Below, in pieces: positions 1 through 7,814 of a stretch of DNA of 64,000 nucleotides (position 1 is its first letter; each line of letters starts with the position of its first letter). A program made the position numbers and the translations under genes. Source of the stretch: a virus; IMG/VR virus record IMGVR_UViG_3300020183_000053, positions 10,874 through 74,873 of that record; one strand, written 5' to 3'. The notes beneath the pieces were generated by a model. It searched no databases and was not told the DNA's origin. It saw nothing but the letters and a program-made list of their open reading frames with translations.

Positions 1-104
1 GGGTTCGGCGCCAGACCCACCCAGCAGCTGCGGTCCACGCGCAGCTGGGCGCCGCCCAGCTCTGGCGGCATCTGCAGCCAGTCGGGCGACAGGCTTGGGT
101 CCAT
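1..104 (-). CDS. Hypothetical protein, 5' part only (runs off window edge)
   Basis: ATG at 104 preceded by GGAGGT; open to position 1 (MDPSLSPDWLQMPPELGG...); extended -10-like motif at 218-227. Confidence 0.4.
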   Translation of the reverse strand, partial: MDPSLSPDWLQMPPELGGAQLRVDRSCWVGLAPN

Positions 105-242
105 CACCACCTCCCCGCCTGCACCCGTGCTCACCGCCTCGCCCACTCGCCTGCTCGTCCACACTGTGTCCACCGCTGCCTCCAGCGGGCGCTGGGTGCG
201 CCCGTGCGTACTGGTATAGGGTAGCACCACCGTCCGCGCACG

Positions 243-1184
243 TTATGGGTGGTGCGTCTGCACAATGCGCTGCAGCACGGTAGGGTCAGCGGCCCACTGC
301 GCCATCATTGGCAGCACGTGGTGCCCCATGCCCCAGTCTGAGACATACAGGGTGCGGAGGGTAGGGTTCCATTCGCTTAGAGCGGTAGCCACAGCCATCA
401 GCCCAGCCCGCAGGAGCTGACCCCACTGCGGGTGACCGTTGCGGCCCACCACGAAGGCGTTCGCCAGCACGCTCACGTCTACGCCCAGGCGCTGCAGGTG
501 CTCGGCCTGCACACCTGTCAGCTCGCTCAGCGGCACGTTGCGCAGCTTTCCGTCCCTATAGATGGGGAGCGTTCTGAAACGTGTACCTGACGCAAAGCTG
601 GTCGCGTCTACGCTGTCCCACGTGTAGCCGCGCACCAGCTTTTCGGCGTTGATGCCGAACCCGTGTGTGCGCAGACCCAGGCGGCAGCACGCTGGCATCA
701 CCGCAGCCAGCCACCTGTCCGCGTCAGCGTCGGTGTAGCCGTGCAGCTTGCGCAGCTGTGACGTGATCCCGCCGATGGCGATGCGTTGCGCACCGATGGC
801 TGCGTACCGCTCCACCCAGGCGGGGTCTGTTCCGAGGTGAATAGTGGGCATGGCGTTCTCTACGCCCGCTTCAACCATGCTGCGATGGTTCGCATAGGTG
901 ACTGCGGGGTTTCCCACCACGTCAAGGCTGGCACACCAGTCGGCGCACCTCCACTTCTCACCTGCGCGCAGGAAAGACGTGTAGGCGAGCAGAGACACGG
1001 GCTGACCAGTGGTGGCCACGCTGAAGGCACCACTGTCAAAAACAAGCGGCACACCGTCCGTCGCCGCTGTGCGCGCCTGGGTCCACAGCTTTGGGTTCTG
1101 GCGAATGGCGGCATAGCTCACCAGCCACCCTACCCGCAGCGTATGGACGCCTGTGCGGTCGCTTGGAGTGTGAATAGTGATCAC
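243..1184 (-). CDS. dpdA: TGT-fold DNA guanine transglycosylase, DpdA-like (paralog 1)
   Basis: Motifs FDSGAFS, ASLDV, IAIGG, HGFG, WDSVD follow the TGT/DpdA catalytic layout. GTG start at 1184 overlaps the queC stop (GTGA); directly downstream of queC. Confidence 0.75.
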   Translation of the reverse strand: MITIHTPSDRTGVHTLRVGWLVSYAAIRQNPKLWTQARTAATDGVPLVFDSGAFSVATTGQPVSLLAYTSFLRAGEKWRCADWCASLDVVGNPAVTYANHRSMVEAGVENAMPTIHLGTDPAWVERYAAIGAQRIAIGGITSQLRKLHGYTDADADRWLAAVMPACCRLGLRTHGFGINAEKLVRGYTWDSVDATSFASGTRFRTLPIYRDGKLRNVPLSELTGVQAEHLQRLGVDVSVLANAFVVGRNGHPQWGQLLRAGLMAVATALSEWNPTLRTLYVSDWGMGHHVLPMMAQWAADPTVLQRIVQTHHP

Positions 1185-1897
1185 GGACACTGCAGCAGTG
1201 GGTCGCGCACCCCGGCCTGCGCGAAGCCACGAGCGCGCAGGAGGCAGGCATGGCACTGACCACAGGGCGGCGTCTGCCCGGCGTAGCACGTGTGAGACAC
1301 CGCCAGGGCGTCCATACAGCCCTGCAGCGTTGTCGCCAGCCGCACCGAGGCGGCCTTGTCCAGCCGCATCAGTGGCGTCAGCACAGGCAGCCAGTGGTCC
1401 CGGCCGACCACCGCCTGGGCGATGGCTTCTTCTGCCGCATCCACGAATGTCCGCCTGCAATCGAAGTATCCCCCGAAGTCTTCCTCGCACACGCCAGTCA
1501 CCAGCGCGTCCGCCTTCACCGCCGCTGCCCGATTGGCAGCCAGTGTCAGGAATAGCAGGTTCCGTCCCGGTACGAACGTCGGCTCTACACCACCGGGCAG
1601 GTCGTCAGCATTCGCGTACAGACCCAGCGGCGCGTCACTCACCAGCGGGCTGGTGCCGACCAGCACGCGGCCCATCTGCACCTCCTCGTGCCGCAGCACC
1701 ACGCGAGGATAGTGCGCCTGCGCCACCTGCAGCACCGCCCTGGCAGCACGCAGCTCCGCGTCATGGCGCTGGCCGTACCACACCGACAGTGCGTGCACCT
1801 CACTGGCGCCAGCGTCCAGCGCCCAGAACAGGCACGTGGTGCTATCCTGGCCACCCGACAGCAGCAGCACCACCCGTTTCCCAGTTAGGTCCATCAT
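1181..1897 (-). CDS. queC: 7-cyano-7-deazaguanine (preQ0) synthase
   Basis: SGGQDSTT PP-loop, YGQRH, TFVPGRNLLFL, C-terminal CY...CGQCHAC zinc site. Confidence 0.95.
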   Translation of the reverse strand: MMDLTGKRVVLLLSGGQDSTTCLFWALDAGASEVHALSVWYGQRHDAELRAARAVLQVAQAHYPRVVLRHEEVQMGRVLVGTSPLVSDAPLGLYANADDLPGGVEPTFVPGRNLLFLTLAANRAAAVKADALVTGVCEEDFGGYFDCRRTFVDAAEEAIAQAVVGRDHWLPVLTPLMRLDKAASVRLATTLQGCMDALAVSHTCYAGQTPPCGQCHACLLRARGFAQAGVRDPLLQCP

Positions 1898-2331
1898 TAT
1901 TCCCCCTTACGCCAGTCTGCCCAGCAGTTCGGCGTTTCATAGACCCGCACGTGTGTCACCGCGATGCCGTACCCGTGCAGCAGCTGCCCAGCTGTGTGTC
2001 CGACCAGCCGGGCTATATTCTCGGCGGTGGGTTCGCCGTATTCGCGCGGCATCGCATAGGTTTTCTGGCCACGTTCCACCAGAAAGGCCCCCACAGGGTC
2101 ATCGGGGTGGTGGGCATACCCGTGGTCCAGCGCCTCGTCCAGCCACGTGCCGACCACCTGCTTCACCACCGAAAAGTCAACCACGCGGCCCACCGCGTCC
2201 AGCGCAGGTGCTGCGCACGTGACCTCGATACCGTAGCGGTGCCCGTGCACGTGTGCGCACTTGCTTTCATGGCGCATCACACGGTGGCCCACGTCAATCC
2301 CGAAAATGCGGGTGCAGGTCGTACCCATCAC
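1897..2331 (-). CDS. queD: 6-carboxy-5,6,7,8-tetrahydropterin synthase
   Basis: H..(C)AHVHGHRY, DFSVVK, LDH, PTAENIA, VYETP motifs. Confidence 0.93.
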   Translation of the reverse strand: MMGTTCTRIFGIDVGHRVMRHESKCAHVHGHRYGIEVTCAAPALDAVGRVVDFSVVKQVVGTWLDEALDHGYAHHPDDPVGAFLVERGQKTYAMPREYGEPTAENIARLVGHTAGQLLHGYGIAVTHVRVYETPNCWADWRKGE

Positions 2332-2924
2332 GCCCCCCTGGGCAGCGGTTCACACAGGTGCCAGAACTCGGCGCGCACCTCGTGCTGCCGGAAGGCGCCC
2401 AGCAGCACCTCGGTGGTCATGGTGCCAGTCTTGCGCACACCACGGCAGGCCATGCAGTGGTGCACGGCGCGCACACGCACACCCACCCCACGCGCGTGCA
2501 GGTGCGCAGCCAGCGCGTCGGCCACCTGCTGCGTCAGCCGTTCCTGCACCTGCAGGCGCCGTGCATACAGGTCCACCAGTCGGGCCAGCTTGGAAACACC
2601 CACCACCAGACCAGTGGTCCCTGGCAGGTAGCCCACGTCGGCCACACCAGTGAACGGCAGCATATGGTGCTCGCAGACGCTGTGAAACGGAATGTCGGCC
2701 AGCACGATCATCTGGTCGTAGCCACCCACTTCCGAGAACCCAGCGTCCCCGGTGCTCGTACTGAGCACGTCGCCCGGCTGCAGGTTCATTCCCTCCAGCA
2801 TCTCGCTCCACGCCTTGGCCACCCGTTCGGGCGTGCCACGCAGCCCCTCCCGGTGCACGTCCTCACCCACTGCGGTCAGCAGTGCCCGCACCGCGTCGGC
2901 GGCAGCTTGTTTGTCACTTGTCAT
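2328..2924 (-). CDS. folE: GTP cyclohydrolase I
   Basis: GLRGTPERVAKAW, CEHHMLPF, GVSKLARLV, LQVQERLT, HHCMACRGV. Confidence 0.96.
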   Translation of the reverse strand: MTSDKQAAADAVRALLTAVGEDVHREGLRGTPERVAKAWSEMLEGMNLQPGDVLSTSTGDAGFSEVGGYDQMIVLADIPFHSVCEHHMLPFTGVADVGYLPGTTGLVVGVSKLARLVDLYARRLQVQERLTQQVADALAAHLHARGVGVRVRAVHHCMACRGVRKTGTMTTEVLLGAFRQHEVRAEFWHLCEPLPRGA

Positions 2925-3583
2925 GATAGCTCCAGCAGCTTGTGAACCTGCGCCGAAACACGCCAGCCCAGGCGTGCAGCCAGCGCCAGCGCGGGCTGCA
3001 CCGCGCCGGGTCCGGTCCCGATGTCAAGGGGCTGGACGAAGCGGTGCACGAACGACCACTCACCCATGCGGCGCAGCTCGTCCTCGGACCACTGCGGGTC
3101 CACCACCTTCAGGTCAGTGCCTTGCCTGACCACCACGTGCTGCAGCGTATCAGCGCCGGGCTGGCGCAGTGCTTTCGGGGATACCGTTACGTGCTGAACA
3201 GCCTGCAGGGCATCAGCACGCACGGTCCCGTTCGTTTCCACAGCCACCCACACGCGCGCAGCACGCAGGCCCTCAATCAGTGCTTCGCCCGCCAGCGTGC
3301 GCAGCTGCAGGCACGGCTCGCCGCCGGATACCACCACGAACGGGCGGCGCCACCCGTCGCACAGGCGCAGCACAGTGTCCACCACCTCCTGCGGCTCGTA
3401 GCGCGTGCCACGGGCGAAGTCGGTGTCACACCACGCGGCGCACGCACCAGCACCTGCATCCCGAAGGTGCGGCAGCCCGCTCCACAGGTTGCAGCCAGCG
3501 AGGCGCACGAACACTGCAGGAACTCCTGCCATGCTGCCCTCACCCTGCATCGTGGCGAACACCTCCCGAACGTACACAGTCAT
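2921..3583 (-). CDS. queE: 7-carboxy-7-deazaguanine synthase (radical SAM)
   Basis: EVFATMQGEG, FVRLAGCNLW...CAAWCDTDF, SGGEP, ETNG, VSPK, QVHK. Confidence 0.93.
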   Translation of the reverse strand: MTVYVREVFATMQGEGSMAGVPAVFVRLAGCNLWSGLPHLRDAGAGACAAWCDTDFARGTRYEPQEVVDTVLRLCDGWRRPFVVVSGGEPCLQLRTLAGEALIEGLRAARVWVAVETNGTVRADALQAVQHVTVSPKALRQPGADTLQHVVVRQGTDLKVVDPQWSEDELRRMGEWSFVHRFVQPLDIGTGPGAVQPALALAARLGWRVSAQVHKLLELS

Positions 3584-4302
3584 GCGCCCGCCTGTGCGAG
3601 CACCGCCCGCTGCACCGTGTCGGTGATATTGTCGGTGCCGTACTGGTCAGCCAGCTTGCGCACGGCCATCTGGAACGGTTCCATCGTCTCGTCGTTGAGG
3701 AACAGCTGCACCACGCGCACCGCGCTGGTGGGCATCGGTGCCGGCGCCGCGCCGGGCGGCAGCACGCTCCCAGCAGCGGCGCCTGCGCCAGTGGGTGCGG
3801 CAGCAGGCACAGCTCCACCGGACGGAGCCAGCGCCGCAGCCTGCGGGTCAGCGACGGGTGCCTCGGCAACGTATGCCGCCACCAGCGCGTCCAGCTCTGC
3901 GGTAGAGAACCCGAGGTCGTCCACGTTGAAGGACGTGTCCAGTGCCGACAGGTCCGCAAGGTGCCGCGCCAGCACAGCCTCGTCCCAGCCCGCCAGCTCC
4001 CCGGTGCGGTTCAGCGCGATGGATAGCTTGCGGGCCTCTGTGTCGCTCACGTCCAGCAGCGCCACGCGGGCAGCCGTCCAGCCCAGGCTGCGCATGGCCT
4101 CGGCGCGCCCGTTCCCACCGATCACCATCATCGTGGCCTTCTGCACCAGCAGCGGCTCCACCTGCCCGTGGTCGCGCAGGCTGGCGGCGATGGCCGCGAG
4201 GTTCCGCTTGTCATGTGTGCGCGGATTGGCAGGGTCAGGCCGCAGTTCTGCCAGCGGCACGGTGGTCAGGTTCAGCTCGGCGGTGGGCATCGGTTGCTCC
4301 AT
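3580..4302 (-). CDS. ParB/Srx-like N-terminal domain protein
   Basis: LRPDPANPRTH..SL..HGQVEPLLV..IGGNGR..AM..LGW, LNRTGELAGWD typical of phage ParB-like domains; stop overlaps the queE start. Confidence 0.8.
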   Translation of the reverse strand: MEQPMPTAELNLTTVPLAELRPDPANPRTHDKRNLAAIAASLRDHGQVEPLLVQKATMMVIGGNGRAEAMRSLGWTAARVALLDVSDTEARKLSIALNRTGELAGWDEAVLARHLADLSALDTSFNVDDLGFSTAELDALVAAYVAEAPVADPQAAALAPSGGAVPAAAPTGAGAAAGSVLPPGAAPAPMPTSAVRVVQLFLNDETMEPFQMAVRKLADQYGTDNITDTVQRAVLAQAGA

Positions 4303-4589
4303 CAGTGGGTGAGGCTGGCCACCAGCGCGCCCACAGCCGCGCCAGTGGCGCAGGCCAGCGACGCCAGCAGGTACAGGTGGCGGGGGACCAGCAGGGCGGC
4401 CTGCGGGCGAGGCGGTGCCAGCACCAGCAGCAGCTCGGTGCGGTCACCTCTGGCTGCTGGCAGGCTGGCCACCACGTGCCAGCCCTCGGCCAGCAGGGAC
4501 GCCAGCGCCGGGCTGCGCACGCTGGCCTCTGGATCGTCCATCGGCAGTGCCAGCACAGTGGCGCGCTCGGGCACAGCCGGGCCGCTCAC
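4302..4589 (-). CDS. Small hypothetical protein with C-terminal hydrophobic segment
   Basis: GTG at 4589 overlaps upstream stop; hydrophobic C-terminus. Confidence 0.5.
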   Translation of the reverse strand: MSGPAVPERATVLALPMDDPEASVRSPALASLLAEGWHVVASLPAARGDRTELLLVLAPPRPQAALLVPRHLYLLASLACATGAAVGALVASLTH

Positions 4590-4861
4590 AGCGGCACCGT
4601 GGCGGGCTGGTGGCTGGGCACACAGTCCTGCCCAGCCACCAGCCCGCGCACCACGCCGTGCACCTGCACCCACACGATGCGCTCGTTTCGGTGCGCAGCG
4701 GCGTGCTGCGCCTCCATCCTCTGGTATTCCTTGAAGTCGCGGGGTGCCGCCTGGGCCAGCGTGGTGCCTTGCACCACGTCGCCAGCCTCCAGCACCACCT
4801 GCTCCCTCGTGCCACCGTTGAGCATGAACGTCACCCTCCGCTGCACCCTGTAGGTCGTCAC
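4586..4861 (-). CDS. Hypothetical protein
   Basis: 91-aa ORF fitting the gene tiling, non-shadow composition. Confidence 0.55.
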   Translation of the reverse strand: MTTYRVQRRVTFMLNGGTREQVVLEAGDVVQGTTLAQAAPRDFKEYQRMEAQHAAAHRNERIVWVQVHGVVRGLVAGQDCVPSHQPATVPL

Positions 4862-4883
4862 CGCTGCCCCGTTATCACACCGC

Positions 4884-5759
4884 TCACGCCTCTGCCGTTA
4901 CGCCAGAGAGCTGCGCGATGGCGTGCTCCAGGGCTGTGTCCCACACTGCGGGAACCAGCTCCCAGCTGTAGTCGGGCAGCGCCTGCAGCTGCTGCTGGGC
5001 ATACAGGGTGCCGATGGCGGTGATCACGTCGTGCCAGCTTGCGCGCACGCCAGCATCTTCGCACCGCTCCACGTACTCCTGCACCAGCGCACCCAGGCTG
5101 TCGCCGGGCGGCGCAGTCACGTCCAGCACGGTGGCGGGGCGCCCTGCGCCCAGGTCCAGCTCCACCACGGTGTCCAGGCACTCCACCCGCAGCGCGGTGC
5201 CGTCCTGGGCCACCACCACACCAGCCACCACCTCCGCGCCCTGCTGCACCACCACCAGCCGCCCCACCAGCCCACCAGCCGCAGGGTGCGCACCTGCACC
5301 CACCGCCTGGGCCACCGACAGCCGGGCAGCGTGCTGGGTGCGCAGGCGCACCTGCAGCACCTCGTCCAGCTGGTACACCACGTCGGTGGCAGCACGCTCC
5401 AGCAGCCCGTGCACACGCACACGCACCACCAGCACCGCCTGCGCTGCTGTCACGCTCACGGTGGCCTGCCGCACCTCGGCGTGGCCACGCGCAAGGTGGC
5501 GCCCGTCCTCGGCAGCCAGCTCCACCGCGCACAGGTCGAACCCGCCGCTGGTGCTGGCCTTGCCCCGCGCACCGTCGCCACCGCTGGCGAACGCACGCGC
5601 CGCACCGGGCACGTAGCTGTCCACCAGTGCAGCGGCCTGCTCGTCAGGCACGTCCAGCGACAGGTCGTAGTCCCACACGATGCCCGCACCATCTCGGCGG
5701 GGCGTGGCGCGTACCAGTCGCATCACGGCGCTGGTCGGCAGGTTGCGCAGGTCAAGCAT
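4884..5759 (-). CDS. Hypothetical protein
   Basis: 291-aa ORF, GGAG upstream of ATG, genome-typical codon use. Confidence 0.7.
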   Translation of the reverse strand: MLDLRNLPTSAVMRLVRATPRRDGAGIVWDYDLSLDVPDEQAAALVDSYVPGAARAFASGGDGARGKASTSGGFDLCAVELAAEDGRHLARGHAEVRQATVSVTAAQAVLVVRVRVHGLLERAATDVVYQLDEVLQVRLRTQHAARLSVAQAVGAGAHPAAGGLVGRLVVVQQGAEVVAGVVVAQDGTALRVECLDTVVELDLGAGRPATVLDVTAPPGDSLGALVQEYVERCEDAGVRASWHDVITAIGTLYAQQQLQALPDYSWELVPAVWDTALEHAIAQLSGVTAEA

Positions 5760-5807
5760 CAGCTCTCCGCGCTTGTCATAGGGCCGAAGCGCCAGCGGCG
5801 CACAGGG

Positions 5808-6320
5808 TCAGCCGTTCGGGCTGCGTAGCAGGCGCACCAGCAGCAGCGACCACAGCAGCCCGCCGACCACCTTGGCGCTCGCCTGCGCGGCCACCAGCAG
5901 CGGCGGCGCATCCCCGAACGCTACAAGCTGAAACACCAGCGAGTCCACCGCCGCCCCTGCCACGTTACTGGCGTTCACCCGCAGCAGGCGCCCCTGCTGC
6001 CGCAGGCGGTGCAGCACCACGCTGTCGGCCACGCCAGCCACAAGGAACGCCGCCGCGCTGGCAGCCGCCACGCGGTCGGCCCGCTCCAGCACCAGCGCGG
6101 TCAGCAGCGATCCCGACAGCACCAGCGCGCCCAGGCGCAGCACCAGCTGCTGCCCGGTCCACCGCTCCTGCAGCACGTCCTTCACCGTCAGGTCAAGGGG
6201 AATGACCAGCCAGGACGACACCAGCGCCGCCGGTCGCCCCCACAGCACCACAGCCACGTTCGCGGCCACGATGCTGGCAAGGTAGGCGGCCACGAGGGGT
6301 CTGCTTTGCGGGCTGGTCAT
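5808..6320 (-). CDS. yhhQ: VUT/YhhQ-family queuosine-precursor (preQ0/preQ1) transporter
   Basis: 170-aa multi-TM protein: YLASIVAAN, DL..KDVLQERW, RVAAAS..AF, SN..GAAVDSLVF..VAFG, K; near the que genes. Confidence 0.75.
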   Translation of the reverse strand: MTSPQSRPLVAAYLASIVAANVAVVLWGRPAALVSSWLVIPLDLTVKDVLQERWTGQQLVLRLGALVLSGSLLTALVLERADRVAAASAAAFLVAGVADSVVLHRLRQQGRLLRVNASNVAGAAVDSLVFQLVAFGDAPPLLVAAQASAKVVGGLLWSLLLVRLLRSPNG

Positions 6321-6326
6321 CGGGTG

Positions 6327-6336
6327 ACTGTAGCAC
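6327..6336 (-). promoter_or_regulatory. Extended -10 promoter-like motif (class II), probable leaderless yhhQ mRNA
   Basis: GTGCTACAGT ends 6 nt before the ATG; no RBS. Confidence 0.5.
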
Positions 6337-6447
6337 GCACCGTGCAGCCCCGTTTTCGGGGCTACAGCGCGCGCGGCGCTCCCAGCAGGCCCAGCCACCT
6401 CCCCGCGTCCCGCGCGCGCCCTGTGGGCGGTTTTTGGCCCCTGTAGG

Positions 6448-7176
6448 CTATGCCGCCCGCGCAGCCGCCACCCGTGCAGCCAGCACCACCCGCACGCTGC
6501 TGGCGTGCCACGTGCCGCCGCTGCGAGGCGGGTGCCCAGCCTCGGCCAGCAGCGCGCCCACACGGCGCAGGCTGTGGCCCTCGCCGTGCAGCTGCTGCGC
6601 CAGCACGATGGCAGCCTGCTCGGCGGGCACCGGGTGCAGCTGGCCCTCGGCGTCGGCCTGCCACCCATAGGGTGCGCGCCCGCCAGTGTAGGCGCCCTCG
6701 GCCTTCATGTGCGCCATCGCGGCGCTGGTGCGCTCGCCGATAGTCTCGCGCTCCCACTGCGCCACCGACATCAGCACGTTCAGCACCAGCCGCCCGCCTG
6801 CGGTGCGGGTGTCCACCTGCTCCTGCACGCTCAGCAGCGCCGGGCCGTCCTTGCGCCCGAACCAGCCGTCCAGCAGCTCGCCCAGGTCGCGCACGCTGCG
6901 GGTGAGGCGGTCCAGCTTCGCCACCAGCAGGGCGTCGGCGGCGCCGCTGTCAAGCATGGCCAGCGCCGCCTGCAGCCCGTCCCGCTGCAGCGTCTTGGCG
7001 CTGGCGCCCGCGTCTACCACCACCTCCACCAGCTCCACGTCGTACAGCTCGGCGTAGAGCTGCACCTTGGCGCGCTGGGCCTCCAGGCTCACGCCGTGGT
7101 CGGCTTGCTTATCGGTGCTCACGCGCAGGTACGCGACAGCGCGGGTGCGGGTGGTGGTGCTGGTGCTGCGGGCCAT
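6448..7176 (-). CDS. Serine recombinase (resolvase catalytic domain plus partial recombinase domain)
   Basis: YLRVSTDKQ, SLEAQ, DAGASA, KLDRLTRS, QWERETIGERT, GRAPYGW; RBS AGGAGG. Confidence 0.9.
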   Translation of the reverse strand: MARSTSTTTRTRAVAYLRVSTDKQADHGVSLEAQRAKVQLYAELYDVELVEVVVDAGASAKTLQRDGLQAALAMLDSGAADALLVAKLDRLTRSVRDLGELLDGWFGRKDGPALLSVQEQVDTRTAGGRLVLNVLMSVAQWERETIGERTSAAMAHMKAEGAYTGGRAPYGWQADAEGQLHPVPAEQAAIVLAQQLHGEGHSLRRVGALLAEAGHPPRSGGTWHASSVRVVLAARVAAARAA

Positions 7177-7202
7177 GTGAACCTCCTGCTGACACCACCT
7201 GC

Positions 7203-7229
7203 TAACCGGGCAGCCGTTACGCGCGCAAG
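7203..7229 (-). promoter_or_regulatory. Class I repeated motif copy 1 (CTTGCGC-N3-TAAC-N9-GTTA)
   Basis: Upstream of the recombinase; A-tract further upstream. Confidence 0.7.
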
Positions 7230-7282
7230 GCTGCGCCAGCTCTTTTTTTCTGGCGCCCCGTGATGGTGCTGCAGGCCGCTGT

Positions 7283-7552
7283 TCAGCGCCACGCGCTGGT
7301 GCGGTCGCACCAGCTGTGCGCCTCGGCCAGCTCGGCGTCGGTGGCCTGCCGTGTGGCCCACACGTGCGCCAGCACCTCGTCCACGCACCGCTGCTCGTCT
7401 GCCTGCAGCCGCTCCAGCAGGGCGGCGTGCGCCTCTGCGCCACGTGCCTGCTGAATGGGGTCAGGCTGCAGCAGCCCCCACACCAGCCCAGCACCCAGCA
7501 CCGCCAGCGTGGCGCCCAGCACGGTGCCCAGCACAGCGTCAACCCGGCTCAC
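7283..7552 (-). CDS. Small membrane-anchored protein
   Basis: N-terminal TM helix; start overlaps upstream stop. Confidence 0.55.
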   Translation of the reverse strand: MSRVDAVLGTVLGATLAVLGAGLVWGLLQPDPIQQARGAEAHAALLERLQADEQRCVDEVLAHVWATRQATDAELAEAHSWCDRTSAWR

Positions 7553-7722
7553 CGGGCACCTCCGGTGCGCTCGCGCGCCACCTCGCGCGCCACCTGCGAC
7601 AGCCGCTCGCTGGCGGCCTCACGCTCGGCCAGCAGGCGGGCCGCGCACTGTGCCACGGGTCCGTTTCCACGCGCCAGCTGGCGCAGCTCACTGGTGCTCT
7701 GGTTGGACAGTTCGTTGTTCAC
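7549..7722 (-). CDS. Small hypothetical protein
   Basis: GTG at 7722 with GGAGG RBS, downstream of class I motif copy 2. Confidence 0.55.
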   Translation of the reverse strand: MNNELSNQSTSELRQLARGNGPVAQCAARLLAEREAASERLSQVAREVARERTGGAR

Positions 7723-7767
7723 TGTGACCTCCTGGGCCTCGCGGCCTCGCTGCTGACACCACTGGTG

Positions 7768-7794
7768 TAACACTGGCGCGGTTAGCCGCGCAAG
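7768..7794 (-). promoter_or_regulatory. Class I repeated motif copy 2
   Basis: CTTGCGCggcTAACcgcgccagtGTTA. Confidence 0.7.
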
Positions 7795-7814
7795 GGGGAC
7801 GCCTCAGATTTTTT

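Noticed and set aside
1185-1490. N-terminal extension of ORF 243-1490, and similar extensions at 5808-6668, 6448-7542 and 22768-24657
   Set aside because: They overlap neighbouring real genes; better starts with an RBS, promoter-like motif or stop/start overlap exist
243-3583. Host-type queuosine tRNA modification operon
   Set aside because: No queF, queA or queG; the TGT-like proteins lack the tRNA-TGT zinc motif; phage context favours DNA modification
6340-6447. Possible preQ1 riboswitch upstream of yhhQ (hairpin about 6346-6363)
   Set aside because: No preQ1 aptamer consensus or A-rich tail, and the hairpin lies upstream of the putative promoter; more likely a terminator for the recombinase
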